Part shown: positions 17,690 through 25,724 of the stretch, in pieces
How the letters are laid out: each line of letters starts with the position of its first letter
Position numbering within the stretch: position 1 is the first letter of the stretch
Assembly (NCBI GenBank): GCA_040900105.1
Contig: JBBDZP010000010.1
Location: 1 to 46,443, forward strand
DNA from: Candidatus Levyibacteriota bacterium
Lineage (GTDB): Bacteria > Patescibacteriota > Microgenomatia > Levybacterales > UBA12049
DNA: 46,443 nucleotides
Direction of reading: 5' to 3'
The notes under the pieces: generated by a model
Databases searched by the model: none
What the model was told of the DNA's origin: nothing
Seen by the model: the letters and a program-made list of their open reading frames with translations, nothing else
Program-made: the position numbers and the translations under genes

Positions 17690-17718
17690 TCGGTCCAGAG
17701 GTTCGCTTTGAGGAGTTT

Positions 17719-17749
17719 ATCCAGAGGCTTGCCGAAGGATCTTTTTTTT
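17719..17749 (+). terminator. Weak interrupted hairpin followed by T8, downstream of tuf
   Basis: ATCC pairs with GGAT and GGC with GCC (17719-17740), then C and TTTTTTTT (17742-17749). A possible rpsJ promoter, TTGCCG(17729)-17 nt-TAAAAT(17752-17757), overlaps it. Confidence 0.4.
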
Positions 17750-17787
17750 GCTAAAATCCAGTTCTAGGCACTTTTAAAAGGGAGCAT

Positions 17788-18096
17788 ATGCCAAAAGGAA
17801 GAATTAGAGTAAGACTTAAAAGTTACGACGCAAGGGTCATAGACCTTTGTTCCCAGCAAATTTTAGATACGGCAATAAGAACCGGAGCTAAGATTGTGGG
17901 TCCAGTGCCACTTCCTACCAGGCGAACAGTATATGCAGTTAACCGCTCTCCTTTTATAGATAAAGACGCCCGTGACCACTTTGAAATGCGGGTCCACAAA
18001 AGATTGATTGACATAATTTCCCCAACCGACAAAACAATTGATTCCCTAACGCATTTGGAGCTCCCTGCCGGAGTCTCTATTGAAATAAGAATGTAG
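17788..18096 (+). CDS. rpsJ: 30S ribosomal protein S10
   Basis: 102 aa. IRVRLKSYD...GPVPLPT...[24 protein letters not shown]. Confidence 0.96.
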   Translation: MPKGRIRVRLKSYDARVIDLCSQQILDTAIRTGAKIVGPVPLPTRRTVYAVNRSPFIDKDARDHFEMRVHKRLIDIISPTDKTIDSLTHLELPAGVSIEIRM

Positions 18097-18120
18097 TTTG
18101 TTCTTCAAGGCTATTCTCTA

Positions 18121-18149
18121 TTGCATTTAGGCAGATATTTCTATATAAT
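18121..18149 (+). promoter_or_regulatory. Near-consensus promoter between rpsJ and rplC (TTGCAT-17 nt-TATAAT)
   Basis: TTGCAT at 18121-18126, a 17-nt spacer, and TATAAT at 18144-18149. Confidence 0.6.
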
Positions 18150-18175
18150 TACCCTAGTTTAAGTCATGATAATCC

Positions 18176-18259
18176 CAAAGGAGGTTCCTTTGACTACATA
18201 AGCTCTATTTAGGAAAATTTTTTCCTAAGAATAAGGCGGCTATATGTAGTCGCTTTTTT
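18176..18259 (+). promoter_or_regulatory. rplC leader: SD-containing hairpin, then a long terminator-like hairpin with a U tract (candidate attenuator)
   Basis: H1 is CAAAGGA-ggt-TCCTTTG (18176-18192) and contains AAGGAGG. H2 has a perfect 9-bp outer stem, GACTACATA (18192-18200) with TATGTAGTC (18243-18251). H2 encloses the inner hairpin TTAGGAAAA-tt-TTTTCCTAA. GC, TTTTTT, GG and TTTT (18252-18265) follow. The rplC ATG is at 18281. Confidence 0.55.
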
Positions 18260-18280
18260 GGTTTTATCGACAAATAAGGT

Positions 18281-19234
18281 ATGCAAGCAATTATTGGTCA
18301 GAAAAAAAGTCAGACACAGAAATTTTTAGAAGATGGAAGAAGAATCCCTGTAACAGAGGTTTTGATTACCGGCGGAAATGTAGTTGTGCAGACAAAGACA
18401 CAGGAAAAAGATGGCTATAGTTCAATCCAACTTGCATATGGCAGCAAAAAGAAAGCCAATAGAGCCTTGATTGGTCACGTAAAAGGAGCCGCACTGCAAA
18501 AGGCTCCTCTTTTTTTGAGAGAAATTGGAGTAGATGGGGAAATACCGGCTGTCGGAGCAATTATTAAGGCATCCGAAGTTTTTAAGCCTGGAGATATAGT
18601 AGATGTGATTGGAGTCTCAAAGGGTAAAGGGTATGCCGGTGGAGTAAAAAGATATCATTTCAAAGGTGGACCAAGAACTCATGGTCAGTCAGACCGCGAA
18701 AGAGCACCTGGGTCCATTGGGCAGTCTACAACTCCCGGAAGAGTTTATAAGGGAAAGAGAATGGCAGGACGGATGGGACATGAAAAGGTAACCGTTGCTA
18801 ATTTGCAGATTGTTGAGGTAACCGATGATGGAGTTTTGATAAAAGGCTTAGTTCCGGGCCCTGTAAACAATCTTCTTATGATTACAAAAGTAGGAGAAGC
18901 CAAAAAGTTTACACCCTTATACAAAGAACAAGTTGACGAGCCTGAAGTTGCACAGGAAGAAATCGTCGAAACAGCAGTTGAAACTCCAGAAGTCATTGCT
19001 GAAGCCGCCGGTAGCACTTCCGTTTCAGATGACGCTCAGCCAGTCGCAGATAAAACACCAGTCGATGAAGCCGCTGAGCTAAGTGTAAGCGGACAGTCAG
19101 AATCAGAAGAAAAACCAGCAGAAAATGTGGAGTCCGCTTTCAGTTCATCTGAGAACGTAAGCACTCCCGTCGTCTCTGAAAAGAATAATAAACAACCGGT
19201 AGAAAAAGAGGAGGAGAAGGAAAATGCCAGTTAA
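18281..19234 (+). CDS. rplC: 50S ribosomal protein L3 with a ~100-aa acidic C-terminal extension
   Basis: The L3 core (KGKGYAGGVKRYHFKGGPRTHGQS...) ends near residue 215. The tail then runs EQVDEPEVAQEEIVETAVETPEV...EKEEEKENAS. Confidence 0.95.
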   Translation: MQAIIGQKKSQTQKFLEDGRRIPVTEVLITGGNVVVQTKTQEKDGYSSIQLAYGSKKKANRALIGHVKGAALQKAPLFLREIGVDGEIPAVGAIIKASEVFKPGDIVDVIGVSKGKGYAGGVKRYHFKGGPRTHGQSDRERAPGSIGQSTTPGRVYKGKRMAGRMGHEKVTVANLQIVEVTDDGVLIKGLVPGPVNNLLMITKVGEAKKFTPLYKEQVDEPEVAQEEIVETAVETPEVIAEAAGSTSVSDDAQPVADKTPVDEAAELSVSGQSESEEKPAENVESAFSSSENVSTPVVSEKNNKQPVEKEEEKENAS

Positions 19235-19991
19235 GAAAGTCAAAAGTCAAAAGTCAAAAGTCAAAAGTTTGATAGCCAAAAAAACTATAGTTCCAAGTAA
19301 GGTTACTGTTGGTGGTCAGGCTGCCAGCACTAAGACAAAAGGACTAAATGTGCAGGTTTTTACTGCAGCGGGTGTATCTGCTGGTACAATGTTGCTTCCA
19401 AAAGAAATATTTGGAGTAGAAGTTAATGAAAATCTTCTTGCGCAAGCTGTAAGAGTTTATCTTGCGAATCAAAGACAAGGAAATGCTTCTACTAAATCAA
19501 GAGGAGAAATTAATATGACAACAGCAAAATGGTATAGGCAAAAAGGAACAGGTAGGGCAAGGCACGGCGCAAAATCTGCGCCTATTTTTGTGCATGGAGG
19601 AGTTGCTCATGGTCCAAAACCAAAAGACTATTCGCTAAAACTTCCTAAAAAAATGAAAAAATCCGCCTTGGTTTCGGCGCTTTCTGCAAAACAAAAGAAC
19701 GGACAAATAAGAGTTTTAACTGGACTTGAAAAGATTGAGTCAAAGACCAAAAGCGTTGCAACTTTACTTAAAAAACTAGAACTTTCCGGCAATAAAACAC
19801 TTCTTGTTACTCCGGATGGAATAAAGAAGGGTTTTGAAAATATCTTCCGAGCAGGCAGAAATATTGAGGGAGTAACTATTTTATCAGCAAAGACTCTTAA
19901 TACCTATGAAGTTTTAGATAGTAGAATGATTCTTTTTATGAAACAGTCTATAGATACTCTGAAGGAAAGCCTAGTAAAGGAGCAAAAATGA
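19224..19991 (+). CDS. rplD: 50S ribosomal protein L4 with a ~40-aa basic N-terminal extension
   Basis: WYRQKGTGRARHGAKSAPIFVHGGVAHGPKP is present. ATG 19224 is preceded by GAGGAGGAG and overlaps rplC by 11 nt. Confidence 0.95.
   Translation: MPVKKVKSQKSKVKSLIAKKTIVPSKVTVGGQAASTKTKGLNVQVFTAAGVSAGTMLLPKEIFGVEVNENLLAQAVRVYLANQRQGNASTKSRGEINMTTAKWYRQKGTGRARHGAKSAPIFVHGGVAHGPKPKDYSLKLPKKMKKSALVSALSAKQKNGQIRVLTGLEKIESKTKSVATLLKKLELSGNKTLLVTPDGIKKGFENIFRAGRNIEGVTILSAKTLNTYEVLDSRMILFMKQSIDTLKESLVKEQK
19239..19266 (+). repeat. Perfect (GTCAAAA)x4 heptanucleotide tandem repeat inside the rplD 5' coding extension
   Basis: gtcaaaa occurs four times and encodes VKSQKSKVKS. Confidence 0.9.
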
Positions 19992-20284
19992 ACATAACAG
20001 ACGTAATCCTAGGGCCAATAATAAGTGAAAAATCTAGTAAAGATGCAGGGATTTCCAGATTTACTTTTAAGGTTACGAAGGCGGCAAATAAGTACGCAAT
20101 TAAAAAGGCAGTAGAAGATAAGTTTAGGGTTAATGTAGTTTCTGTTGCGACAACAGTTGTCAAAGGAAGAAGTCAAAGATTTGGCGCAAGAAGAATAGAA
20201 ATAACACTTCCCTCCTGGAAGAAAGCAATTGTGCAACTTAAGACTGGAGAGAAAATTGACTTATTTGAAACGGCAACAGAATAA
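19988..20284 (+). CDS. rplW: 50S ribosomal protein L23
   Basis: 98 aa with an L23 pattern (ILGPIISEKS...FKV...ANKYAIKKAVEDKF.V.V.SV). It has an ATGA overlap with rplD. Confidence 0.95.
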   Translation: MNITDVILGPIISEKSSKDAGISRFTFKVTKAANKYAIKKAVEDKFRVNVVSVATTVVKGRSQRFGARRIEITLPSWKKAIVQLKTGEKIDLFETATE

Positions 20285-20397
20285 GATTTATGATTAAAGA
20301 TTTAAGATTAATGAAAGAAAGGAGAGTAGCGCGTGCCCGCAAAGCGGGACTGAATTAACTTCAGAGCGCGGTGGAGAGGAAACGTAGTTGCCTCTCC
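20285..20397 (+). repeat. rplW-rplB spacer: 7-nt-period A/T repeat (20285-20319) followed by two GC-rich hairpins (20333-20350 and 20373-20397)
   Basis: The repeat reads gatttat gattaaa gatttaa gattaat gaaagaa. The hairpins are CCCGC-aaa-GCGGG and GGAGAGG-aaacgtagttg-CCTCTCC. Confidence 0.8.
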
Positions 20398-20407
20398 AAA
20401 TATCATT

Positions 20408-21148
20408 GTGAGAAAACTAAAAACAATAAAGAAAAAAATGTCAGGAAGAGATGTGGCAGGCCGTGTTTCTGTCCGACATCAAGGTGGTCAGCACAAGAGA
20501 TTCCTTAGGAACGTAGATTTTAAAAGAGATAACAAAGATGTCACGGGAAAAGTTGTAGGAATTGAGTATGACCCGGGTAGAAGTGCAGATATAGCGCTTG
20601 TTTATTACTCAGATGGCGATAAGCGATATATTTTGGCTCCAGAGGGATTAAAGCTTAATGACATAGTTTCTTCCGGGAGAGATGTTGATATTAGAGTTGG
20701 AAACACATTGCCCTTGGAACTTTTGCCAGTTGGGACAGTAGTCCACAACGTGGAGCTTGTGCATGGCCGTGGAGGACAGTTGGCAAGAAGCGCAGGAACA
20801 TCTGCGACAGTTGCGGCAAAGGACGCCGGGTTGGTACAATTGAAACTTCCCTCAGGAGAAATAAGAAAAGTAAGGCAGGAATGCTTTGCGACTGTTGGGC
20901 AGCTTGGAAACATAGATTGGAAAAATGAAGTTTTTGGCACAGCGGGAAGAAAAAGACGCATGGGAATAAGGCCCACGGTTCGCGGAGTTGCCCAAAACCC
21001 ACGCTCACATCCTCATGGAGGAGGGGAAGGAAGAAGCGGAATCGGCATGACGACACCCAAGACTTTTGCCGGTCGTCCAGCTGTTGGTAATACAAGGAGA
21101 CCTAAGAAATACTCCAACAAGTATATTGTTTCAAGGAGAAAGAAATAA
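20408..21148 (+). CDS. rplB: 50S ribosomal protein L2 (N-terminally short, start uncertain)
   Basis: [14 protein letters not shown], the SH3-like and OB core, and C-terminal [10 protein letters not shown] are present. The first in-frame start is GTG 20408 (or ATG 20438), and an in-frame stop lies at 20351-20353. The canonical N-terminal KPTTPGRR segment is absent. Confidence 0.9.
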   Translation: MRKLKTIKKKMSGRDVAGRVSVRHQGGQHKRFLRNVDFKRDNKDVTGKVVGIEYDPGRSADIALVYYSDGDKRYILAPEGLKLNDIVSSGRDVDIRVGNTLPLELLPVGTVVHNVELVHGRGGQLARSAGTSATVAAKDAGLVQLKLPSGEIRKVRQECFATVGQLGNIDWKNEVFGTAGRKRRMGIRPTVRGVAQNPRSHPHGGGEGRSGIGMTTPKTFAGRPAVGNTRRPKKYSNKYIVSRRKK

Positions 21149-21432
21149 TGAGTAGATCAACTAAAAAAGGACCATTTATAGATCAAAATCTAATTAAGAA
21201 GATTTTGAAACAAAAAGAGACCGGGGATAAATCGGTAGTTAAAACATGGGCAAGAGCGTCCCAAATTTCGCCCGAATTTGTAGGACACACAATTGCGGTT
21301 CACAATGGGAAAATTCACATAAACGTTTTAATAGTTGAAGGAATGGTTGGACATAGACTTGGGGAATTTTCTCCAACTAGAACTTTTAGAAGTCACGGAA
21401 GAGTTGTTGCAAGGGAGATATCGAAAACCTAG
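21148..21432 (+). CDS. rpsS: 30S ribosomal protein S19
   Basis: [11 protein letters not shown]...[10 protein letters not shown]...[14 protein letters not shown]. Confidence 0.96.
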   Translation: MSRSTKKGPFIDQNLIKKILKQKETGDKSVVKTWARASQISPEFVGHTIAVHNGKIHINVLIVEGMVGHRLGEFSPTRTFRSHGRVVAREISKT

Positions 21433-21449
21433 AAAATAGAAGATAGAAT

Positions 21450-21791
21450 ATGGAAAATAAATCAGCAGTTGCAAAAAGTAGCGCAGTTAGGGTAAGTACA
21501 AGAAAAGTAAGGCTTGTCGCGGATTCAATTAGAGGGCTTGCGGTTGAAAAAGCTTTGGGTGCTCTTTCCCAGCTTAGCAAGAGAGGATCTGTCTCGCTGG
21601 AAAAAACCCTTAAGAGTGCTGTTGCAAACGCGGTAAGTAAGGGTATGGTAAAAGAAAATCTTTTTATAAAAAGTTTAGAAGTGGGTCAAGCGCCGGCGCT
21701 TAAAAGATATCATCCTTCAACAAGAGGAAGAATACACCCTTATAAAAGAAAAGCATCTCATATAAAAATAGTTTTGGAGGAAAAAAAGTAA
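21450..21791 (+). CDS. rplV: 50S ribosomal protein L22
   Basis: The pattern VRVSTRKVRLVADSIRG...A...L fits L22, as does the position in the S10 cluster. Confidence 0.95.
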   Translation: MENKSAVAKSSAVRVSTRKVRLVADSIRGLAVEKALGALSQLSKRGSVSLEKTLKSAVANAVSKGMVKENLFIKSLEVGQAPALKRYHPSTRGRIHPYKRKASHIKIVLEEKK

Positions 21792-22435
21792 TGGGACAAA
21801 AAATTAATCCAAATATTTTAAGGCTTGGACCTGTTTATAACTGGCATAGCCGTTGGTTTGATGATAAAAGATATAAGGATCTTTTGCTTGAAGACTTTAT
21901 GCTTAGAAAGGCGCTCATGGATAGGCTTAAAACAGCAGGAATATCAGATATTGAAATTGAAAGATCAATAAATAACATCAATCTGATAATTTATGTTTCA
22001 AGACCTGGAATGGTTATTGGCCGAGCAGGAACAGGGCTTGATGATTTGAGAAAGTTCTTGACAGTGATTATTGCAAAGGGAAAGAAAGGAAAGAATATTC
22101 CAAAGCTGGATATTAGAGTTGAGCCGATTAAAGAAGCAAATCTTGATGCGTATTTGATTGCTAAAAATATTTCAGATCAACTAACGCGCAGAATGCCGCA
22201 CAAGAGACTCATGACGCAATCTGTTGAAAGGGTCATGTCAGCCGGTGCTAAGGGAGTAAGAATTATTTTGGCAGGAAGAATTAATGGGGCAGAAATTGCA
22301 AGACGGGAAAAAATGCAAAAAGGAACAGTTCCGTTGTCAACAATTAGAGAACATGTCACTTTTGCAAGTGTCCCCTCTCTTACAAAAAAAGGATACATAG
22401 GAGTTAAAGTGTGGATAAACAGAGGAGATAAATAA
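21791..22435 (+). CDS. rpsC: 30S ribosomal protein S3
   Basis: [13 protein letters not shown]..., a KH domain, and [12 protein letters not shown]. Confidence 0.96.
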   Translation: MGQKINPNILRLGPVYNWHSRWFDDKRYKDLLLEDFMLRKALMDRLKTAGISDIEIERSINNINLIIYVSRPGMVIGRAGTGLDDLRKFLTVIIAKGKKGKNIPKLDIRVEPIKEANLDAYLIAKNISDQLTRRMPHKRLMTQSVERVMSAGAKGVRIILAGRINGAEIARREKMQKGTVPLSTIREHVTFASVPSLTKKGYIGVKVWINRGDK

Positions 22436-22436
22436 T

Positions 22437-22853
22437 ATGTTATCACCAAAAAGAGCAAAATATAGAAAACAGCAAAGAGGACACATGAAAGGAAATGCTC
22501 ATTCGGGAACCAAAGTTTCTTTTGGTGAGTTTGGACTTATGTCGGAGCAGCAGGGTTGGATAACAAGCAGACAAATAGAAGCAAGCAGACGAGCCATAAC
22601 TCACTACATTCAAAGAGGTGGAAGAGTTTGGATAAGAATTTTTCCTGATAAGCCAATCACTAAAAAACCAGCAGAAACCAGAATGGGTGGAGGAAAGGGA
22701 GATATTTTTGAGCACGTTGCAAGAGTTTTGCCCGGACGTATGCTTTTTGAAATGGGTGGAGTGTCAAAGGAGACTGCAGTCCAAGCCCTAAGACTTGCAT
22801 CTCATAAATTGCCTGTATTAACAAGAGTAGTAGCAAAGGAAGATCAAATTTAA
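22437..22853 (+). CDS. rplP: 50S ribosomal protein L16
   Basis: [15 protein letters not shown]...ETRMGGGKG. Confidence 0.96.
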   Translation: MLSPKRAKYRKQQRGHMKGNAHSGTKVSFGEFGLMSEQQGWITSRQIEASRRAITHYIQRGGRVWIRIFPDKPITKKPAETRMGGGKGDIFEHVARVLPGRMLFEMGGVSKETAVQALRLASHKLPVLTRVVAKEDQI

Positions 22854-23065
22854 TGAAAACAAAAGACGTTAAAGATTTACATTCAAAGACAATAGAAGAA
22901 CTTAGAGGCATGTATAAAACTGCCAAAGATGATTTGCTGGAGCTTACTTTGTCTCATTCACAGGCAAAGCTCAAAAACACAAGCTCAATTTTTTCAAAGA
23001 AAAAAGACATAGCAAGAATCCTAACAATTCAAAGAGGAAAGGAGCTTGCATCTAGCAAGAAGTAA
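22853..23065 (+). CDS. rpmC: 50S ribosomal protein L29
   Basis: 70 aa. The coiled-coil pattern (L..KT.EEL...L.....L..L) and the position between rplP and rpsQ fit L29. Confidence 0.92.
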   Translation: MKTKDVKDLHSKTIEELRGMYKTAKDDLLELTLSHSQAKLKNTSSIFSKKKDIARILTIQRGKELASSKK

Positions 23066-23068
23066 ACT

Positions 23069-23302
23069 ATGAGCAAAATAATTGAAGGAAAGGTAGTATC
23101 TGTAAAAATGCAAGGAGTTGTAATAGTTAGGGTAGGAAGAAAAACTCCTCACCCACTTTATAAAAAACTTCTTAATAAGAGCAAGAAGTATAAAGCTGCC
23201 GTAGGAGAGGTAGCAGTATCTTTGGGAGATAAGGTTAGAATTATTGAAACTCGCCCACTCTCGAAAGACACGCATTTTAAATTACTGGAGAAAGTTAGAT
23301 AA
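23069..23302 (+). CDS. rpsQ: 30S ribosomal protein S17
   Basis: [16 protein letters not shown]...HPLYKK...Y.....[12 protein letters not shown]. Confidence 0.95.
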   Translation: MSKIIEGKVVSVKMQGVVIVRVGRKTPHPLYKKLLNKSKKYKAAVGEVAVSLGDKVRIIETRPLSKDTHFKLLEKVR

Positions 23303-23676
23303 TGATTCAACACAGATCAATACTTGTAGTTGCGGATAACTGCGGTGCAAAATCACTTCTTGTGATCCAAATTTTTGGTGGGTCAAAGAGAAAGTTCGGC
23401 TATCTTGGGGATGTGTTAAATTGCGTTGTTAAAGAAGCTTCTCCAAACGGTACCGTAAAAGACAGTCAAATTGTTAAAGCGGTTTTAGTTCGCTCTCACA
23501 AGGAGTTTAAAAGAGCAGACGGATCATATATTAGATTTTCGGAAAATGCGGCAGTTGTTATAGATAACGCGAAAGATAAAAACCCTGTTGGGACAAGAGT
23601 TTTTGGTCCAATAGCAAGAGAAGTAAAAGATAGAGGATTTGCAAAGATTGCAAGCATGGCAAGTGAGGTTATATAA
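23302..23676 (+). CDS. rplN: 50S ribosomal protein L14
   Basis: [17 protein letters not shown]...[24 protein letters not shown]. Confidence 0.96.
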   Translation: MIQHRSILVVADNCGAKSLLVIQIFGGSKRKFGYLGDVLNCVVKEASPNGTVKDSQIVKAVLVRSHKEFKRADGSYIRFSENAAVVIDNAKDKNPVGTRVFGPIAREVKDRGFAKIASMASEVI

Positions 23677-23677
23677 T

Positions 23678-23983
23678 ATGAAACTTAAAAAAGGAGATAC
23701 AGTTACAGTGACTGCGGGAAAAGATAAAGGAAAGACAGAGAAGATTGAAAAAGTCTTGACTCGCGAAAGGAAAATTATAGTCACGGGAGTAAATCAATTT
23801 AAGAGACATTTGAAAGCAAGAGCGGCAGGAAAGCCATCTGAAATCGTAACAATCACTAAGGCATTCTCAATGGCCAATGTTGCACTTGTCTGCACAAAAT
23901 GCAAGAAATTAACAAGAATAGGATATCTCCTTGAAAAAGGAAAAAAAGTAAGAATTTGTAAAAAGTGTAAAAAGGAAGTTTAA
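23678..23983 (+). CDS. rplX: 50S ribosomal protein L24 (with CxxC...CxxC C-terminal Zn-ribbon-like motif)
   Basis: I moved the start to ATG 23678 (MKLKKGDTVTVTAGKDKGK) from the ORF-track 23639. The C-terminus reads CTKCKKLTRIGYLLEKGKKVRICKKCKKEV. Confidence 0.94.
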   Translation: MKLKKGDTVTVTAGKDKGKTEKIEKVLTRERKIIVTGVNQFKRHLKARAAGKPSEIVTITKAFSMANVALVCTKCKKLTRIGYLLEKGKKVRICKKCKKEV

Positions 23984-23985
23984 AT

Positions 23986-24525
23986 ATGGATAATTTACAG
24001 GTAAGATTTAAAAAAGAAATAGCAAATAAACTAAAGGAAGAGCTGGGTATTAAAAATGTCCATCAAATTCCTTCCATGGTTAAAATAGTTGTTAATATGG
24101 GAGTCAAAGATGCAGTTGCTGACAAAAAAAATATGGATGCTGCAATTGTACAAATGACTCAGGTTGTTGGACAAAAGCCAAAGATTACAGCAGCAAAAAC
24201 ATCAATAGCAGCTTTTAAGTTAAGAGAAGGGGAAAAGATTGGCTTGGTAGCAACATTGCGAGGAAAAAGAATGTATGATTTCTTTGAAAAATTGATAAAT
24301 GTTGTTTTTCCAAGACTTAGAGATTTTCATGGAATTAAAAAAGACAGCTTTGACGGACGCGGAAATTTTACTTTAGGCTTTTCAGAGACAGCAGTTTTTC
24401 CTGAGATAGACCCGGGAAAAATAGAAAAAGCTCAGGGATTTGAAATAACAATTGTTACTAACGCAAAAGATGATAAGAAAGGAATGGCACTCCTTACGGC
24501 ACTTGGAATGCCCTTTCAAAAATAA
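23986..24525 (+). CDS. rplE: 50S ribosomal protein L5
   Basis: KIVVNMGV......AAFK.REG..IG..VTLRG..MY.F..KL...PR.RDF.G. Confidence 0.96.
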   Translation: MDNLQVRFKKEIANKLKEELGIKNVHQIPSMVKIVVNMGVKDAVADKKNMDAAIVQMTQVVGQKPKITAAKTSIAAFKLREGEKIGLVATLRGKRMYDFFEKLINVVFPRLRDFHGIKKDSFDGRGNFTLGFSETAVFPEIDPGKIEKAQGFEITIVTNAKDDKKGMALLTALGMPFQK

Positions 24526-24529
24526 AGAT

Positions 24530-24715
24530 ATGGCTAAAAAATCAAATGTAGTTAACTCTAAAAAAAAGCAAAAGTTTCCGTCCAGAGTTCATAGTAGATG
24601 CAGTATTTGTGGAAGGAACAAGGCATTTATGAGAAGATTCGGCCTTTGCAGAATCTGTTTTAGAGAGCTTGCTTTAAAAGGAGAGTTACCCGGAGTTACA
24701 AAGTCTACCTGGTAG
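24530..24715 (+). CDS. rpsZ: 30S ribosomal protein S14 type Z (zinc-binding, 61 aa)
   Basis: I moved the start to ATG 24530 (MAKKSNVV). CSICGRNKAFMRRFGLCRICFRELALKGELPGVTKSTW has the C-x2-C...C-x2-C motif. Confidence 0.95.
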   Translation: MAKKSNVVNSKKKQKFPSRVHSRCSICGRNKAFMRRFGLCRICFRELALKGELPGVTKSTW

Positions 24716-24722
24716 AAATTAT

Positions 24723-25118
24723 ATGGCATATCAAGTTTCAAATTTCATAATAACAATAAAAAATAGCGCGAAAGCTCGAAGAAGAACTGCCGTTATTCCC
24801 TACTCTAATATGAGCAAGAGTATTGGCGAGATCCTTATTAGGGAAGGATTTTTAACAAGCATAAAGGAGGACATGGTTGATAAAAGACGAGTTCTTGTTG
24901 TGACGTTAAAGTTTATTAAGAGAATACCTGTACTGCGGGATGTCAAGATATTTTCAAAACCATCACTAAGAATATATGCTAATTCAAAGAAGATACAAGA
25001 AGTTAAAAGAAGAGGAAGACACAAAGTAATCTTGTCAACAAATAAGGGAATCATGGAAGCAAGAGAAGCTCAGAAGGAAGGAATTGGAGGAGAAATTCTC
25101 TTTACAATTAATAGCTAA
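24723..25118 (+). CDS. rpsH: 30S ribosomal protein S8
   Basis: 131 aa. IGEILIREGFL..., C-terminal GIGGEILFTI. Confidence 0.95.
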   Translation: MAYQVSNFIITIKNSAKARRRTAVIPYSNMSKSIGEILIREGFLTSIKEDMVDKRRVLVVTLKFIKRIPVLRDVKIFSKPSLRIYANSKKIQEVKRRGRHKVILSTNKGIMEAREAQKEGIGGEILFTINS

Positions 25119-25119
25119 T

Positions 25120-25674
25120 ATGTCAAAAATAGGCGGAAAACCAGTAATAATTAAAGAGGGAGTTAAGGTAACTCTTGACCATGGAGTGGTAAGAGTTGAA
25201 GGCATAAAGGGAAGTCTTCAATTTACCATCCCAAAAGATATTAATGTTAATGTGGTGGAGAACACAGTTGTAATTTCTCAGAGTGGCAACGGCGATGACA
25301 GGAAGATAAGAGCATTATTTGGATTGACCCGGGCTATAATTGCAAATATGGTGACTGGTGTTTCCTCTGGTTTTGAAAGAAGACTTGAGCTTTCTGGTGT
25401 TGGATACAGAGCGCAAGTACAAGGAAATGATTTAGTTATTTCTGTTGGGTTTTCTCATCCTGTAAAAATAGTTCCACTTGAAGGAATAAAATTTGCAGTT
25501 GAGGAAAGCAGTATTATAGTTTCCGGAATGGATAAAACTCTAGTTGGGAATACTGCGGCAGTCATAAGAGCGGTTAAGCCACCGGAGCCTTATAAAGGAA
25601 AGGGAATAAAATTTGCAGGAGAGAGAATTAGAAGAAAAGTCGGAAAAGCAGCAAAGGCTGTTGGAGCTAAATAA
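25120..25674 (+). CDS. rplF: 50S ribosomal protein L6
   Basis: I moved the start to ATG 25120 (MSKIGGKPVIIKEGVKV). ELSGVGYRAQVQGNDLVISVGFSHPV and PEPYKGKGIKFAGE are present. Confidence 0.95.
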   Translation: MSKIGGKPVIIKEGVKVTLDHGVVRVEGIKGSLQFTIPKDINVNVVENTVVISQSGNGDDRKIRALFGLTRAIIANMVTGVSSGFERRLELSGVGYRAQVQGNDLVISVGFSHPVKIVPLEGIKFAVEESSIIVSGMDKTLVGNTAAVIRAVKPPEPYKGKGIKFAGERIRRKVGKAAKAVGAK

Positions 25675-25675
25675 T

Positions 25676-25712
25676 CCTTCGGCAAGGACTTCGACTGAGC
25701 TCAGTCGAATGT
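25676..25712. repeat. GC-rich spacer repeat: CCTTCGGCAAGG followed by a perfect 20-nt palindrome TTCGACTGAGCTCAGTCGAA (25690-25709)
   Basis: The palindrome reads identically on both strands. The 5' part matches the motif at 36424 and the minus strand at 17721-17738. Confidence 0.85.
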
Positions 25713-25724
25713 CTCAGGATAAAT

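Noticed and set aside
20290-20358. Short ORFs MIKDLRLMKERRVARARKAGLN (20290-20358) and MINDLRFMNLNLGQSASGEIEGGETN (31822-31902) as leader peptides.
   Set aside because: Their similarity is confined to the heptad-repeat-encoded first 8 residues. There is no SD. They are likely by-products of the repeat. I kept them only as a note within the module finding.
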